Below are positions 9,600 to 22,507 of a stretch of 64,000 nucleotides of DNA, piece after piece. The number at the start of each line of letters is the position of its first letter. The first letter of the stretch is position 1. The notes below the pieces were generated by a model. The model saw only the letters and a list, made by a program, of their open reading frames with translations. It was not told the DNA's origin and made no database searches. The stretch lies in assembly GCF_937930345.1 (NCBI RefSeq), contig NZ_CALGLB010000031.1; one strand, written 5' to 3'. A program made the translations under genes and the position numbers. Origin of the DNA: an uncultured Prevotella sp. Lineage in GTDB: Bacteria; Bacteroidota; Bacteroidia; Bacteroidales; Bacteroidaceae.

Positions 9600-11057
9600 T
9601 TAGTGGGTTTTTGCCATTGTTGAGCACATTTTCTTCAGGTTAAAGGCAATGGCAAAGAAGACAAAGTCCATTTTAACCTTGTCAATTCCCAAATGGCGGA
9701 ACCGTCTGTATGCCATGTTGTATTTCATCTGTCCGAAAACGGTCTCCGGTTCTATGCACCGACGTCCTCAGTGCCTGATTCCATCTTCCGAGATGAGCCT
9801 CTCCCCTGCTTTTCGCCGGTATCCGTTCAGACGGTGATTGACTTCGACGATTCTGCCTCCCCTTAGCCTTGAAACAGCTTCCCCGGAGCAGGCATTCCTC
9901 ACAGCGCCAGGCCTTGTAGCATGCACTGTTCACAATGGAATCAGTTGTATTTCACGTAAGCGGTAATACCGGCTTCCTACATGTAGGTAGTTCTCTTCCG
10001 AACCGTATCCGGAACCGCCGACACCCTTGTCCGAAAGTCTGTGGTAACGTTCTGCAACAAATTGAAGAGGGGAATCATGGTAAGAGTGTCTCCGGGGACT
10101 GAAACAGACCGAAGTCTAGGATGAACAGGCTCTCCGTTCATATCTGCAGGTTATAACCAGGCTTGGCCTGTCCGTTGTTCATCGCATCCTCCTTCATGCG
10201 CATGAACGTGGCGCTATGATCGGTTTTTGAATAGGAGTTGCGGCCGTCAAGAATGCACAGTTTCCCATCATATTCGCCAAGCTTGCCGGCGTGCTCCCTG
10301 AGCCGCCTTAACTATCTCTCTTTTTCTTTCCGGTGTCGCTTTTCATCTTTCGTTTCCGGCTCCGGCTCTTTCTGTAAAGACCAATTGAGCTCATCGGCAA
10401 TAGCCATGAGGGTTGCTGGCGAAAAGCCTCATCCGCTTTCATTCCCAGCATTTTCCTGGGCCATGGCTTCACCTATCTGTTCGGAAAGGGTCTTTACCTT
10501 GTCCAACAGCCTGGCACGATTTCTCACGGTGGTCTTACGCCATACAAATGTGTACCTGTTAGTTTTAGATTCGATTTTTGTACCGTCGATATATTCAACG
10601 TCAAGGGTGATTAAACCATTTTCAGCCAATATGACCACCGGCAGTGTGAATACACGGTTGATTTCATCATTCACACGTTTGCAGAAACGGTTGATGATAT
10701 TGAAGTCCGGCTGCTCATAACCTTCCAGCTATATGAAATGGATGTCACGCTTAAGGGTGGACTCTATCTTGCGGCAGGAATAAAGGTTGTTCATGTAGCC
10801 ATATATCACGGCCTTGAGCATCATCCTCGGATGGTATGGACTGCGCCCGCGCTCTTTAAAAATTTGCGGAAGTTTTCCAAGTTAAGGTTGTCAATTACCG
10901 TGTCAACTACACAGACAGGGGCGTTTTCCGTAATGTTCTTGTCAAAACGCTCGGGAAAAAGAATCATTTGTTTGAGTTGTAATCCCGAAAGTGTATCTTT
11001 GCTGACATATTTAATTGTCATTAATGTCCCGTTAAAATGGGAGACTAATGACTTCAT
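9600..11057 (-). pseudogene. IS1182-family transposase, frameshifted remnant
   Basis: Three minus-strand fragments in different frames. The N-terminal piece carries ...LFPERFDKNITENAPVCVVDTVIDNLNL.... The middle piece carries ...IDGTKIESKTNRYTFVWRKTTVRNRARL.... The C-terminal piece carries ...RRCIEPETVFGQMKYNMAYRRFRHLGIDKVKMDFVFFAIAFNLKKM. GC content is above host level. Confidence 0.7.
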
Positions 11058-11166
11058 TTATTACCATCACCAAACAAATCACTATTAAATACTATATATA
11101 ACATCTAAACGCCCGAAAGAAAATAATAACATTTAGACACTAAAATTAAATTTATCTGTCATTTTA

Positions 11167-11197
11167 TTTGTTTTTTAAATAAAAATGTGTACCTTTG
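11167..11197 (+). promoter_or_regulatory. candidate gdhA promoter
   Basis: TTTG at 11167-11170 and TACCTTTG at 11190-11197, about 65 nt upstream of the ATG at 11262. Confidence 0.45.
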
Positions 11198-11261
11198 CAA
11201 TATATTAATCATTTTATGTTACAAATATATTTACAAGACAAATAATTTAAGAAATAGAAAT

Positions 11262-12596
11262 ATGAATGCATCAAAAATTGTAGAAAATTTAAAACAGAGA
11301 TTTCCAAATGAGCCTGAATACATCCAGGCTGTTAGTCAAGTATTAGGAACCATTGAAGAAGAATATAACAAACACCCAGAATTTGACAAGGCAAACTTAA
11401 TTGAGCGCCTTTGTATACCTGACAGAATTATAGCATTTCGTGTCTCGTGGGTAGATGACAAAGGCAATGTTCAGACAAACATGGGATATCGTGTTCAGCA
11501 TAATAACGTCATTGGCCCATATAAGGGTGGTATACGTTTCCATCAGTCTGTTAACTTAGGTATTTTAAAATTTCTGGCGTTTGAACAAACATTTAAAAAT
11601 TCACTCACAACACTTCCTATGGGCGGTGCCAAAGGTGGTTCTGACTTTTCTCCGCGAGGAAAAAGTGATGCCGAAGTAATGCGTTTCTGTCAGGCTTTTA
11701 TGACCGAACTATATCGTCATATTGGAGCAGATGTGGACGTTCCTGCAGGAGATATTGGCGTTGGTGGACGTGAAGTTGCTTACATGTTTGGTATGTATAA
11801 GAAACTCACACATGAATGGAGCGGAATACTTACGGGTAAAGGAATACAATTTGGCGGTTCTCTTATTCGCCCAGAAGCCACAGGCTATGGAAATGTATAT
11901 TTTTTGGTAAATATGCTGAAAACTAGAGAAATAGATATAAAGGGGAAAACCGTTTTGGTCAGTGGTTCAGGTAACGTAGCACAATACACGATAGAGAAAT
12001 GTATTGAACTTGGAGCAAAAGTTTTAACATGCTCTGACTCTGATGGATACATATACGACCCCGACGGAATTACTCGTGAAAAGTTAGATTATATAATGGA
12101 GCTCAAAAATATTGAGCGTGGTAGAATCCGTGAATATGCAGAAAAATATGGTGTTAAGTATGTAGAAGGTGCAAAACCTTGGTTTGAAAAGGCCGACATT
12201 GCTCTTCCTTCTGCAACTCAAAATGAAATTAACGAAGAGGCCGCTAAGGCTCTTGTTGCAAATGGTGTGTTTGCAGTGAGTGAGGGAGCTAACATGCCTA
12301 CAACACCTGAAGCAATCAAAGTTTTCCAAGATGCAAAGATTCTTTACTCACCTGGTAAAGCTGCCAATGCAGGAGGCGTTGCCGTTTCGGGACTTGAAAT
12401 GAGCCAAAACTCTGAAAGGCTAAGCTGGAGTCGTGAAGAAGTTGACGCCAAGCTCCATGCCATAATGAACAATATCCATGACAATTGTGTAAAATATGGC
12501 ACAGAGGCTGATGGATACATAAACTATGTAAAAGGAGCTAATATTGCAGGCTTTTTAAAAGTTGCAAAAGGCATGATCGCTCAAGGAATTGTATAA
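11262..12596 (+). CDS. gdhA: NAD(P)-specific glutamate dehydrogenase
   Basis: Motifs GPYKGGIRFH, PMGGAKGGSDF and GSGNVAQY, with a full-length GdhA pattern. The start is set at MNASKIVENL, not the upstream in-frame ATG. Confidence 0.9.
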   Translation: MNASKIVENLKQRFPNEPEYIQAVSQVLGTIEEEYNKHPEFDKANLIERLCIPDRIIAFRVSWVDDKGNVQTNMGYRVQHNNVIGPYKGGIRFHQSVNLGILKFLAFEQTFKNSLTTLPMGGAKGGSDFSPRGKSDAEVMRFCQAFMTELYRHIGADVDVPAGDIGVGGREVAYMFGMYKKLTHEWSGILTGKGIQFGGSLIRPEATGYGNVYFLVNMLKTREIDIKGKTVLVSGSGNVAQYTIEKCIELGAKVLTCSDSDGYIYDPDGITREKLDYIMELKNIERGRIREYAEKYGVKYVEGAKPWFEKADIALPSATQNEINEEAAKALVANGVFAVSEGANMPTTPEAIKVFQDAKILYSPGKAANAGGVAVSGLEMSQNSERLSWSREEVDAKLHAIMNNIHDNCVKYGTEADGYINYVKGANIAGFLKVAKGMIAQGIV

Positions 12597-12617
12597 TGTA
12601 AGTATAAAGGACATCAA

Positions 12618-12651
12618 CAAGGAATACGATATACTGTATTCCTTGTTTTTT
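12618..12651 (+). terminator. rho-independent terminator of gdhA
   Basis: CAAGGAATAC, an 8-nt loop, then GTATTCCTTG followed by TTTTTT. Confidence 0.7.
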
Positions 12652-12820
12652 ATTAATGTATTTCAATAAAATACTAAAAACAACAAAATTTGATAAGTTT
12701 GTGTGATTGTTTTTGATTTCCTGTATTTATTTTTCATATTTTTTCACAAATATCACTAATTATATTTGAAAAATAAATATTTTAATGTATTTTTGATATC
12801 ACAATTATTATACAATAATC

Positions 12821-13237
12821 ATGTGGAAATATTATGCCATATTATCAGCATTATTTGCCTCTCTGACGGCTATTTTTGCAAAAATAGGAGTTAAAGATAT
12901 TGATTCTAATTTAGCTACAGCAATAAGAACTACAATTATATTATTACTGACTTGGGGCATAGCTTTATTTAATGGTATTGAATATAAAATTAAGGACATA
13001 AGTTTTTACTCATGGTTGTTTCTTGTTCTTTCAGGCTTAGCCACAGGCTGTTCATGGCTGTTTTATTTTAAAGCACTTCAAATTGGTAACGTCTCGCGTG
13101 TTGCCCCAATAGATAAGTTAAGTGTTCCTATTACAATCTGCCTGTCCTTTATTATATTAAGAGAACCTATAAATATTAAAACAATAATAGGTGGCCTATT
13201 AATAACTTGCGGAAGCATACTTTTAATCTTAAAATGA
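12821..13237 (+). CDS. small single-EamA-domain (DMT superfamily) membrane protein
   Basis: 138 aa with 4-5 hydrophobic helices and an EamA-like pattern ...SALFASLTAIFAKIG...VAPIDKLSVP.... Confidence 0.6.
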   Translation: MWKYYAILSALFASLTAIFAKIGVKDIDSNLATAIRTTIILLLTWGIALFNGIEYKIKDISFYSWLFLVLSGLATGCSWLFYFKALQIGNVSRVAPIDKLSVPITICLSFIILREPINIKTIIGGLLITCGSILLILK

Positions 13238-13908
13238 AAATACTAATAATAGAAGACGAAAAAGAGCTGTCAGATAATATTGTGACATTTTTAAATTCAG
13301 AAAACTATCTGTGTGAACAAGCTTTTACTCATGACGAAGCAAGTATGAAAGTAAACGTGTACGAGTATGACTGCATTGTGCTTGACATTACGTTGCCTGA
13401 CGGAAACGGCCTAGACATATTAAAGCAAATAAGAGAAAATCAAAACCAAGTTGGAGTAATAATCGTATCAGCAAAAGACTCTATAAAAGATAAGATAATA
13501 GGACTTGAAGTTGGCGCGGATGACTATTTAGCTAAACCATTCAGCCTGCCCGAGCTAAAAACACGTATATATGCTATAATACGAAGAAAGAAGTTTCAGA
13601 CCAATAACATATTATGCAGTAATGGAATAACCATCGACTTGTTAAAAAAAACAGTAAAGATAAATTCGGAATACATAACGCTAACCAGAACCGAATATGA
13701 ACTACTGCTATTTCTTATAAGCAATAAAAATAAAGTTATATCAAAACTTTCAATGGCAGAACATCTTACAGGAGAAATGGCAGACATGCTTGACAATCAC
13801 AATTTTGTATACACACATATTAAAAATCTAAAAGCCAAGCTTACAAAGCACGGGTGTTCGGAGTGTATAAAAAACATATATGGAACTGGATATAAATGGA
13901 TTGAATAA
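13234..13908 (+). CDS. OmpR/PhoB-type response regulator
   Basis: Receiver domain MKILIIEDE...VLDITLPDGNG...AKPF plus a winged-helix C-terminus ...LTRTEYELLLFL...GTGYKW. Start chosen at 13234. Confidence 0.85.
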   Translation: MKILIIEDEKELSDNIVTFLNSENYLCEQAFTHDEASMKVNVYEYDCIVLDITLPDGNGLDILKQIRENQNQVGVIIVSAKDSIKDKIIGLEVGADDYLAKPFSLPELKTRIYAIIRRKKFQTNNILCSNGITIDLLKKTVKINSEYITLTRTEYELLLFLISNKNKVISKLSMAEHLTGEMADMLDNHNFVYTHIKNLKAKLTKHGCSECIKNIYGTGYKWIE

Positions 13909-14972
13909 TGAAGAAGAACAACCTCATAGACAAAGCGATGCTGCAGTTCACGTTATGCGTGACAATACTAATGCTATTGGCAACACCGCTATTTTATTGG
14001 CTTACCAAACATTATTACGCTGAAGACCTTATTTGGGTTATTGATACAATTAAACAAGGCAAGGATATTCCACCTTTAGACATTGAACAAGATATAATGC
14101 ACGGAATAATGATACAATTTGGAATGATAATTTGTATCATTGGCATTTCTGTTATTTTGATAATGAAAAATATATCTGTAAAACTTTGGACTCCATTTTA
14201 CTACACATTAAACAAAATAAGCAAATTCAGACTAGAAGACAAGCGTATACCAGTATTACCCGAAAACAATGTTAAAGAATTTACTCAATTAAATAAAGCT
14301 GTTACAACCCTTATGGAAAACAGTCAAATGAGTTATAACATACAAAAAGAATTTACGGAAAACGCTTCACACGAAATACAGACGCCATTGGCAATATTTC
14401 AAAGCAAATTGGACAATCTTTTACAAGATGAGCATCTTACAAAACGTCAAGCAGAAACAATACAGGAACTCTACAATTTAACATTGCGCCTTACACGTTT
14501 AAACAAGAATCTTTTATTATTGGCAAAAATAGACAATAATCAGTATAATGAAATGTCTGATATTGATTTAATAAAAGTATTAAATAAAATTATACCTTTA
14601 TTATTGTCTATCTCTGAAAATATAAAAATAACAAAAGATTTCAAACTGCCGTCAATGACTATTAAATGTAATATTATTCTCCTTGAAAGTCTTATTAATA
14701 ATTTAATAGTTAATGCACTAAGGTACACCAATGCTGATGGAGAAATTATTATAACTGTTGAAAAAAATAAAATGATAATTACAAATACATCCAACGGAAT
14801 GATACTTGATGAAAATATGTTATTTAACCGATTTTACAAACCTATACATAACATAAACGGAAATGGGCTTGGTTTGGCAATAGTAAAAACAATATGTGAC
14901 TATCATAAATGGAAAATAAAATATCAATACTCAAATAATAAAAACAATTTTATTGTAACATTTCTTATTTAA
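13908..14972 (+). CDS. sensor histidine kinase
   Basis: Two TM segments, H-box FTENASHEIQTPLA, and N and G boxes (NALRYT, GNGLGLAIV). Its start overlaps the response-regulator stop. Confidence 0.85.
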   Translation: MKKNNLIDKAMLQFTLCVTILMLLATPLFYWLTKHYYAEDLIWVIDTIKQGKDIPPLDIEQDIMHGIMIQFGMIICIIGISVILIMKNISVKLWTPFYYTLNKISKFRLEDKRIPVLPENNVKEFTQLNKAVTTLMENSQMSYNIQKEFTENASHEIQTPLAIFQSKLDNLLQDEHLTKRQAETIQELYNLTLRLTRLNKNLLLLAKIDNNQYNEMSDIDLIKVLNKIIPLLLSISENIKITKDFKLPSMTIKCNIILLESLINNLIVNALRYTNADGEIIITVEKNKMIITNTSNGMILDENMLFNRFYKPIHNINGNGLGLAIVKTICDYHKWKIKYQYSNNKNNFIVTFLI

Positions 14973-15012
14973 AGGAAGACACTGAATACACTCATGGCAA
15001 GAATACCAAAAA

Positions 15013-15044
15013 CTCCCAACTTGATAAATTCAACAAGTTAGGAG
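15013..15044. terminator. hairpin between the convergent histidine kinase and atpG genes
   Basis: CTCCCAACTTG, a 10-nt loop, then CAAGTTAGGAG (one mismatch). Confidence 0.4.
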
Positions 15045-15095
15045 TACATTATTATGTTTAGTGAATATTGTAATATTCTTAATCACACAAAACAA

Positions 15096-16064
15096 TTAAG
15101 AATTAACTGTGCCACCAACAATGTCAAGTAATTCATTTGTTATTGCCTGCTGTCGACTCTTATTGTACTGAAGATTTAAATCCCGCAAAAGCTCATCCGC
15201 ATTATCTGTAGCCGTTTGCATAGCAACCATACGCGCAGCATGCTCACTGGCATTGCTGTCAAGCAAAGCTGTATAAATCATCAAATGTGATAATTTTGGA
15301 ATAAGAGAGAATAAAACTGATTCCATATCAGGTTCAACAATAAAGTTATCATTAAGTGGCTTAACAATCTCCTTTTCTGTTGAAGACGATTTCCCCTTTT
15401 TCCGTAGATACTCTTGGGCCTCCAATGTGGCAATATTAGATGTAAGATCTCGCTCATCATCAAAATCAAGTTCATCCTTTATATTAATAGGCAAGAACGT
15501 CTTTTGAGTCAAAATCTGCGAGCCGGCACTCTTGAAATGATGATAAATCAATTCTATGCGGTCAAACTCTCCATCTAAAAATTTTTGTGAAAGCAAATCA
15601 GCAAGTTCTATGCACGTATGTAAATCTGGCTTATCTGCTATTTCAGAAAAATCTCCGCCACAATTAAAGCCGAGTTTTGTCACTTTTTCAGCTACCTTTC
15701 GTCCAATAGGATAAATAACTATATTATCCAAACCTACAAGATTCTGATATTTATCTACAGCATGTTGCATAGCCTTAATAATATTAGCATTAAAGCCACC
15801 ACACAAGCTACTATTAGATGAATATACTACCAAAGCAACCTTTTTTATCGGGCGTTCCGTATTGTAAACAGTCGTTGCATCAACTTCGGAAGCCAAAAAT
15901 GCTTTGAGGATATGCTCAAGCATTGATTCGTAGGGAAGCATGTTCCCAATCATAATTTGAGCATGATGCAGTTTTGACGACGCAACCATTTTCATAGCAC
16001 TCGTAATTTTACGAGTGCTATTTACTGATGATATACGATTTTTTATTTCTTTAAGTGACGGCAT
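15096..16064 (-). CDS. atpG: F1 ATP synthase gamma subunit
   Basis: N-terminus MPSLKEIKNRISSVNSTRKITSAMKMVASSKL and C-terminus ITNELLDIVGG. Confidence 0.9.
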   Translation of the reverse strand: MPSLKEIKNRISSVNSTRKITSAMKMVASSKLHHAQIMIGNMLPYESMLEHILKAFLASEVDATTVYNTERPIKKVALVVYSSNSSLCGGFNANIIKAMQHAVDKYQNLVGLDNIVIYPIGRKVAEKVTKLGFNCGGDFSEIADKPDLHTCIELADLLSQKFLDGEFDRIELIYHHFKSAGSQILTQKTFLPINIKDELDFDDERDLTSNIATLEAQEYLRKKGKSSSTEKEIVKPLNDNFIVEPDMESVLFSLIPKLSHLMIYTALLDSNASEHAARMVAMQTATDNADELLRDLNLQYNKSRQQAITNELLDIVGGTVNS

Positions 16065-16071
16065 AAATCAA

Positions 16072-17658
16072 CTATTTTTTATATTGACCGGCAATATCAG
16101 CCATTTCAGACTCTATAATTGTGGTAATCTGATCATCAATCTTACCTTTAGACAATGCATCAATTACGTCTTCATGAGAAGAGCGCATTTTATCCAAGAA
16201 AGAATCTTGGCACTCACGTACTTTTTCTACAGGAACATCATGCATAAGTCCATGTGTTCCGCAATAAAGTATTGCAACTTGCTCTCCAACAGGCATAGGA
16301 CTATATTGTGGCTGAATCAAAAGTTGATTGTTCTTGCGGCCTCTATCCAGTGTCATTGCCGTTACCGCATCCATATCACTAGAGAACTTCGAAAACGCTT
16401 CCAACTCTCTATACTGAGCTTGGTCAATCTTTAATGTTCCAGCAACTTTCTTCATACTCTTTATTTGAGCAGAACCTCCTACACGACTAACAGAAATACC
16501 TACATTGATTGCCGGTCTAAATCCCTGATTAAACAAATCAGTTTCAAGATATATCTGACCATCGGTAATTGAAATAACATTGGTAGGAATGTATGCAGAA
16601 ACATCACCTGCCTGTGTCTCAATTATTGGCAATGCCGTCAACGAGCCACCTCCCTTGACATGTCCTTTCATACATTCAGGTAAATCATTCATGTGTTCTG
16701 CAACCTCTTGCTGATCATTTATCCTTGCAGCACGTTCCAATAACCTGCTATGCAAATAAAATACATCACCAGGATATGCTTCGCGCCCCGACGGACGACG
16801 CAAAATAAGCGATACCTCACGATAAGCAACAGCTTGCTTTGACAAGTCATCATATACAACCAATGCCGAATGACCTCGATCTCTAAAATACTCACCAATA
16901 GCAGCTCCAGCAAAAGGTGCATAATACTGCATTGCCGCAGGATCAGCAGCAGTGGCCGCTACAACAATAGTATATGGCATCGCTCCATGTTCTTTGAGCG
17001 TAGAAACCAAAGCCGCAACAGTTGAAGCCTTTTGACCTATGGCAACATATATACAATAAACAGGTTTACCAGCATCATAAAAACTCTTTTGATTTATAAT
17101 AGTATCTACAGCAATTGCTGTTTTACCAGTTTGGCGGTCTCCTATTATAAGTTCACGTTGCCCTCTACCAATTGGTATCATAGAGTCCACCGCTTTTAAT
17201 CCTGTTTGCAGGGGCTCTTTTACCGGTTGACGAAAAATAACACCAGGAGCCTTACGGTCTAGAGGCATTTCAAAAGAGTTTGCCAAATCAATATCTCCCT
17301 TGCCATCAATAGCCTGTCCTAAAGGATTTATAACTCGTCCCAACATGTTGTCATTCACCCTTATGCTGGCAATACGTTTTGTACGCTTAACTAACATACC
17401 CTCTTTAATATCTGACGTAGGGCCGAGCAGCACACAACCAACATTGTCCTCCTCCAGGTTCATGACAATAGCCATTGTTCCATTTTCAAATTCAAGAAGC
17501 TCATTAGCTTCAGCATTACGAAGGCCATAAATACGTGCCACGCCATCGCTAACCTGAAGGACAGAGCCTACTTCATCAAACTTTGCGCTATCGTTAATCC
17601 CTTTAAGTTGTTCTAAAAGAACTTGAGAAACTTCGCTTGGTTTAATTTTATCTGACAT
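16072..17658 (-). CDS. atpA: F1 ATP synthase alpha subunit
   Basis: GDRQTGKT Walker A and a full-length alpha-subunit pattern. Confidence 0.95.
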   Translation of the reverse strand: MSDKIKPSEVSQVLLEQLKGINDSAKFDEVGSVLQVSDGVARIYGLRNAEANELLEFENGTMAIVMNLEEDNVGCVLLGPTSDIKEGMLVKRTKRIASIRVNDNMLGRVINPLGQAIDGKGDIDLANSFEMPLDRKAPGVIFRQPVKEPLQTGLKAVDSMIPIGRGQRELIIGDRQTGKTAIAVDTIINQKSFYDAGKPVYCIYVAIGQKASTVAALVSTLKEHGAMPYTIVVAATAADPAAMQYYAPFAGAAIGEYFRDRGHSALVVYDDLSKQAVAYREVSLILRRPSGREAYPGDVFYLHSRLLERAARINDQQEVAEHMNDLPECMKGHVKGGGSLTALPIIETQAGDVSAYIPTNVISITDGQIYLETDLFNQGFRPAINVGISVSRVGGSAQIKSMKKVAGTLKIDQAQYRELEAFSKFSSDMDAVTAMTLDRGRKNNQLLIQPQYSPMPVGEQVAILYCGTHGLMHDVPVEKVRECQDSFLDKMRSSHEDVIDALSKGKIDDQITTIIESEMADIAGQYKK

Positions 17659-17674
17659 ATTACAATTAATTTTA

Positions 17675-18208
17675 TTACTTAAGCTGCGACAAAATAGAAT
17701 TCAATTGCGACTTAACACTTACATCCATTCTATATGTGTCATATTCTATTATGAATCCACCAAGAATTTCAGGTCGTACCTCTGTCTCAAATTCTACAAT
17801 TCCATTTGTCTTACTTTCAACCAACTGCCTAAGCCGTTGTTCCGTTGAAGGAGAAACGGCTGTGGCAGTCATAAGTTTAGCACGGATTAAATTCTTGTTT
17901 TTCCTATATAATGTAATATATGAATTTGCAATGAACTGCATCATATTCTCTCGGTCTTCCTTCAAAACTAAATCTATAAAGATTTGAGTTAACTTACATG
18001 GAGACCCACCAAAAGCAACGTTAAACAATTCTTTTTTACGTTTCTTAGAGAACATGGGATTATCTATCGTAAACCTGAAGTCAGGAACCTTAATATAACT
18101 CTCGGATAAAGTTTGCATTTCAACATATACCTTTTCCTCAAGTTTCGCCTCTAAACTTGCCTTAAGCAAAGCCCGGGCATATCTTACCGATATTAATCCT
18201 AAATCCAT
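17675..18208 (-). CDS. atpH: F1 ATP synthase delta (OSCP) subunit
   Basis: 177 aa, starts ...[11 protein letters not shown]..., positioned between atpF and atpA. Confidence 0.8.
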   Translation of the reverse strand: MDLGLISVRYARALLKASLEAKLEEKVYVEMQTLSESYIKVPDFRFTIDNPMFSKKRKKELFNVAFGGSPCKLTQIFIDLVLKEDRENMMQFIANSYITLYRKNKNLIRAKLMTATAVSPSTEQRLRQLVESKTNGIVEFETEVRPEILGGFIIEYDTYRMDVSVKSQLNSILSQLK

Positions 18209-18213
18209 ATTAA

Positions 18214-18717
18214 CTATTTTTTATTAGACAAAGAAATTTCATCCAGCATACGATCAATCAAATCCATTTGTGTTTTTTCGTCACTGAGTTTTTCACGTAA
18301 AATTTTCTCAGCAATCTCAACACTAAGCGTTGCAACTTGTTTGCGTATATCGCTAACGGCAGCTTGCTTTTGATTCTCTATTTCAACCTTTGCCTCAGTA
18401 AGCAATCGGTTACCTTCTTCATGAGCTTTGTCTTGTGCCTTTTCAACGATAGCATCACGCGTTGCCGCAGCCTCTTTTAATATTTGAGCCTGACGTTCGC
18501 GCGCTTCTTGCAAAAGAGCATCGCTTTCAACTTTGATATTAGCCAATTTTTCGTTTGCCTCATGTGCTTTTTGAAGACTCGTATCAATATATTCTTTTCG
18601 ATCATTGACCATCTTGACAATAACCTTGAAACCATATTTTCCGAGTATGCCAAGAACAATCAAAAACACAATCGTCATCCAAAATAACAAGCCAAAATCA
18701 GGTGTTATTAATGACAT
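18214..18717 (-). CDS. atpF: F0 ATP synthase subunit b
   Basis: Single N-terminal TM helix followed by a long charged coiled coil; operon position fits. Confidence 0.8.
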   Translation of the reverse strand: MSLITPDFGLLFWMTIVFLIVLGILGKYGFKVIVKMVNDRKEYIDTSLQKAHEANEKLANIKVESDALLQEARERQAQILKEAAATRDAIVEKAQDKAHEEGNRLLTEAKVEIENQKQAAVSDIRKQVATLSVEIAEKILREKLSDEKTQMDLIDRMLDEISLSNKK

Positions 18718-18751
18718 AAGCTGTTAAGATTTCTATTCCTTTAATCTAAAG

Positions 18752-18994
18752 TTACACGAAAAGTGCCAACAATGCTATAATAACTGCGAAGAAAGCCACA
18801 CCTTCAACAAGCGCAGCAGCTATAATCATTGATGAACGCAAATCACCTATTTTTTCCGGCTGTCTTGCCATTGCGTCCATTGCCTGGCCACCAATTTTTC
18901 CAATACCAATACCTGCACCAATTGCAGCTATACCACCACCAATTGCGGCACCTAATTTTGCTACAGCGTCTGCTGCTAATAATAATGAAATCAT
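18752..18994 (-). CDS. atpE: F0 ATP synthase subunit c
   Basis: 80-aa two-helix proteolipid with a glycine-rich helix 1, a MARQPE loop and a conserved carboxylate helix 2. Confidence 0.85.
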   Translation of the reverse strand: MISLLLAADAVAKLGAAIGGGIAAIGAGIGIGKIGGQAMDAMARQPEKIGDLRSSMIIAAALVEGVAFFAVIIALLALFV

Positions 18995-19044
18995 AATCGT
19001 AATTTTTTAAAGTTATTTATTTCTTTTATAATCTATAATATTCT

Positions 19045-20127
19045 CTATTTTGCCGTATGCTCTTTTACATGTGACAATGAGATAAATACGGCACTTAGCA
19101 TAGTGAACACCAATGCTTGGATAAAACATACAAGCAATTCAAGCAACATCATGAAAACACTCATAAGCACACTTACAACAGTCATTGATGCGCCAGCAAC
19201 TGCATTTATTCCAAACATAATAAATATAATGCATGACAACGACAATGCTATAGCATGACCTGCCATCATATTTGCAAACAATCGAATCATCAGAGCTAAC
19301 GGCTTAGTAAAAATACTAAAGAACTCAATGAATGGCATAAGTGGAACAGGAACTTTCAACCATGTTGGTACATCAGGCCAAAATATTTCTTTCCAATAAG
19401 CCTTAGTACCTGTAAAGTTTGTTATAAGGAATGTACACAAGGCTAAAAAGAATGTAATAGTTATATTGCCTGTTAAATTACCACCTCCCGGAGGAAATGG
19501 AACCACACCCATTATATTTGCAAAAAATATAAAGAAGAAACAAGTCAACAAATACGGTGCATATTTATCAGTTTCTTTACCTAATGTAGCTTTTATTACA
19601 TCATCATATATATACATAACAAACATTGTCATTAAGCCTGTAAAACCTTTAGGTGCAGGATCCTCGGGACGATGTTTTTTACACCATCTGGCTGGTATCA
19701 AAATACAAATCAGCAAAAGTATTGCATCGATAAAAAGTACTACCACCGTTTTTGTTATTGAAATGTCAAACGGTCGAATCTCCTTTCCATCTATTTTTTC
19801 GCATACTTTATTTTCATTATCCGAACTGCCAGAAATATACAAACCATAAGGTCCAGGTCTATTTCCATTAATGTCCCTTTCTTCTGAGAACTCTGCACTG
19901 CTAAACACATGCCAGCCCGTAGAGCTCTTCACAATAACAGGAAGATTTAGAACAACAGGATGGCCATTTATATCCGTAATATGCCATTCATATGCATCCT
20001 TTATATGTCCCCACAGAACACTCTGCAAATCGATTCCTTCTTTGTCATTTGTATGTTCTGCGGCATATATTGGAACTATTGTGAATGCCAGCATAAACAA
20101 GCAAAGTATTTTTCTGATGTGTTTCAT
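19045..20127 (-). CDS. atpB: F0 ATP synthase subunit a with an N-terminal extension of about 130 aa
   Basis: The C-terminal half carries LALMIRLFANMMAGH (the essential Arg helix). The N-terminus has a signal-like segment plus an extra domain. Confidence 0.85.
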   Translation of the reverse strand: MKHIRKILCLFMLAFTIVPIYAAEHTNDKEGIDLQSVLWGHIKDAYEWHITDINGHPVVLNLPVIVKSSTGWHVFSSAEFSEERDINGNRPGPYGLYISGSSDNENKVCEKIDGKEIRPFDISITKTVVVLFIDAILLLICILIPARWCKKHRPEDPAPKGFTGLMTMFVMYIYDDVIKATLGKETDKYAPYLLTCFFFIFFANIMGVVPFPPGGGNLTGNITITFFLALCTFLITNFTGTKAYWKEIFWPDVPTWLKVPVPLMPFIEFFSIFTKPLALMIRLFANMMAGHAIALSLSCIIFIMFGINAVAGASMTVVSVLMSVFMMLLELLVCFIQALVFTMLSAVFISLSHVKEHTAK

Positions 20128-20130
20128 CTG

Positions 20131-20556
20131 TCAATCTTTAAGAGTATAAGACTTTTCTATACGAGCGAAAAAAACGCTGTCAAAAACAAGCATCACTATA
20201 TAAAATGCCATAAAAAGCAATGCGAAATCACGTATATTATCTTTGTCATGACTTATTAAACAATAAACTGTCACAACTAAAGCAGCAGAAATCAACCGCA
20301 ATGCTGAAGCAGCAAGATAAAACCGAGTCATTGTATTAGGAGATGATTTTGAAATCTTACTCCACGACGTTACATAGACAAAATTTATTATTATAGTGTA
20401 TAATGCGCTTATTGCCAATGCATTGATAAAAGAATAATCCAATAAATTTATACTTATCGCAGCACTACACATCAAAGTAAGTGCCGCAATAAGCCATAAA
20501 CTATATTTGAAATATCTTTTACTTGTTATGTTTATTCTTTTATTCAAATCCATCAC
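20131..20556 (-). CDS. hypothetical 4-TM membrane protein inside the atp operon (AtpI/AtpZ-like position)
   Basis: 141-aa hydrophobic ORF abutting atpC and atpB with gaps of 0-3 nt. Confidence 0.5.
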   Translation of the reverse strand: MMDLNKRINITSKRYFKYSLWLIAALTLMCSAAISINLLDYSFINALAISALYTIIINFVYVTSWSKISKSSPNTMTRFYLAASALRLISAALVVTVYCLISHDKDNIRDFALLFMAFYIVMLVFDSVFFARIEKSYTLKD

Positions 20557-20802
20557 TCAAGCTATCTCAACGCAAAGGCTAACAACATTTTTCTGAACTT
20601 CAACAAATCCACCTGTAATTTGAATCTGATTACGTACTCCATTAACAGCATATTCAACGTTACCACATTGGAGCGAAGATATTATCGGTGCATGATCTTT
20701 TAATATCTCAAACGCACCTTTGGTTCCAGGAACCAAAACGCTATCAACATTTCCTTCAAATTCGACCTTCTCAGGTGATACAATTTTCAGTTTTAAACTC
20801 AT
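20557..20802 (-). CDS. atpC: F1 ATP synthase epsilon subunit (short, beta-sandwich only)
   Basis: MSLKLKIVSPEKVEFEGNVDSVLVPGTKGAFEIL pattern, directly downstream of atpD. Confidence 0.8.
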   Translation of the reverse strand: MSLKLKIVSPEKVEFEGNVDSVLVPGTKGAFEILKDHAPIISSLQCGNVEYAVNGVRNQIQITGGFVEVQKNVVSLCVEIA

Positions 20803-20816
20803 GCTCGTAAGATTAA

Positions 20817-22352
<1,536 letters not shown>

Positions 22353-22507
22353 TTATTTTATATTTTACTTTTCATGTATTTTCTAAACGCAAAATTAATC
22401 AATTGTTTTATAATTTACAAAGAAAAGAACCAAAACTTTTTATAATATGTTTAATTGACATTGTTAGAAGACTTTTTAAACATTACATCTTGAAACACTA
22501 AAGCGGC

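Noticed and set aside
11187-11261. 25-codon N-terminal extension of gdhA
   Set aside because: It would start inside the predicted promoter (the TACCTTTG box at 11190-11197). The conserved GdhA sequence begins at the ATG at 11262.
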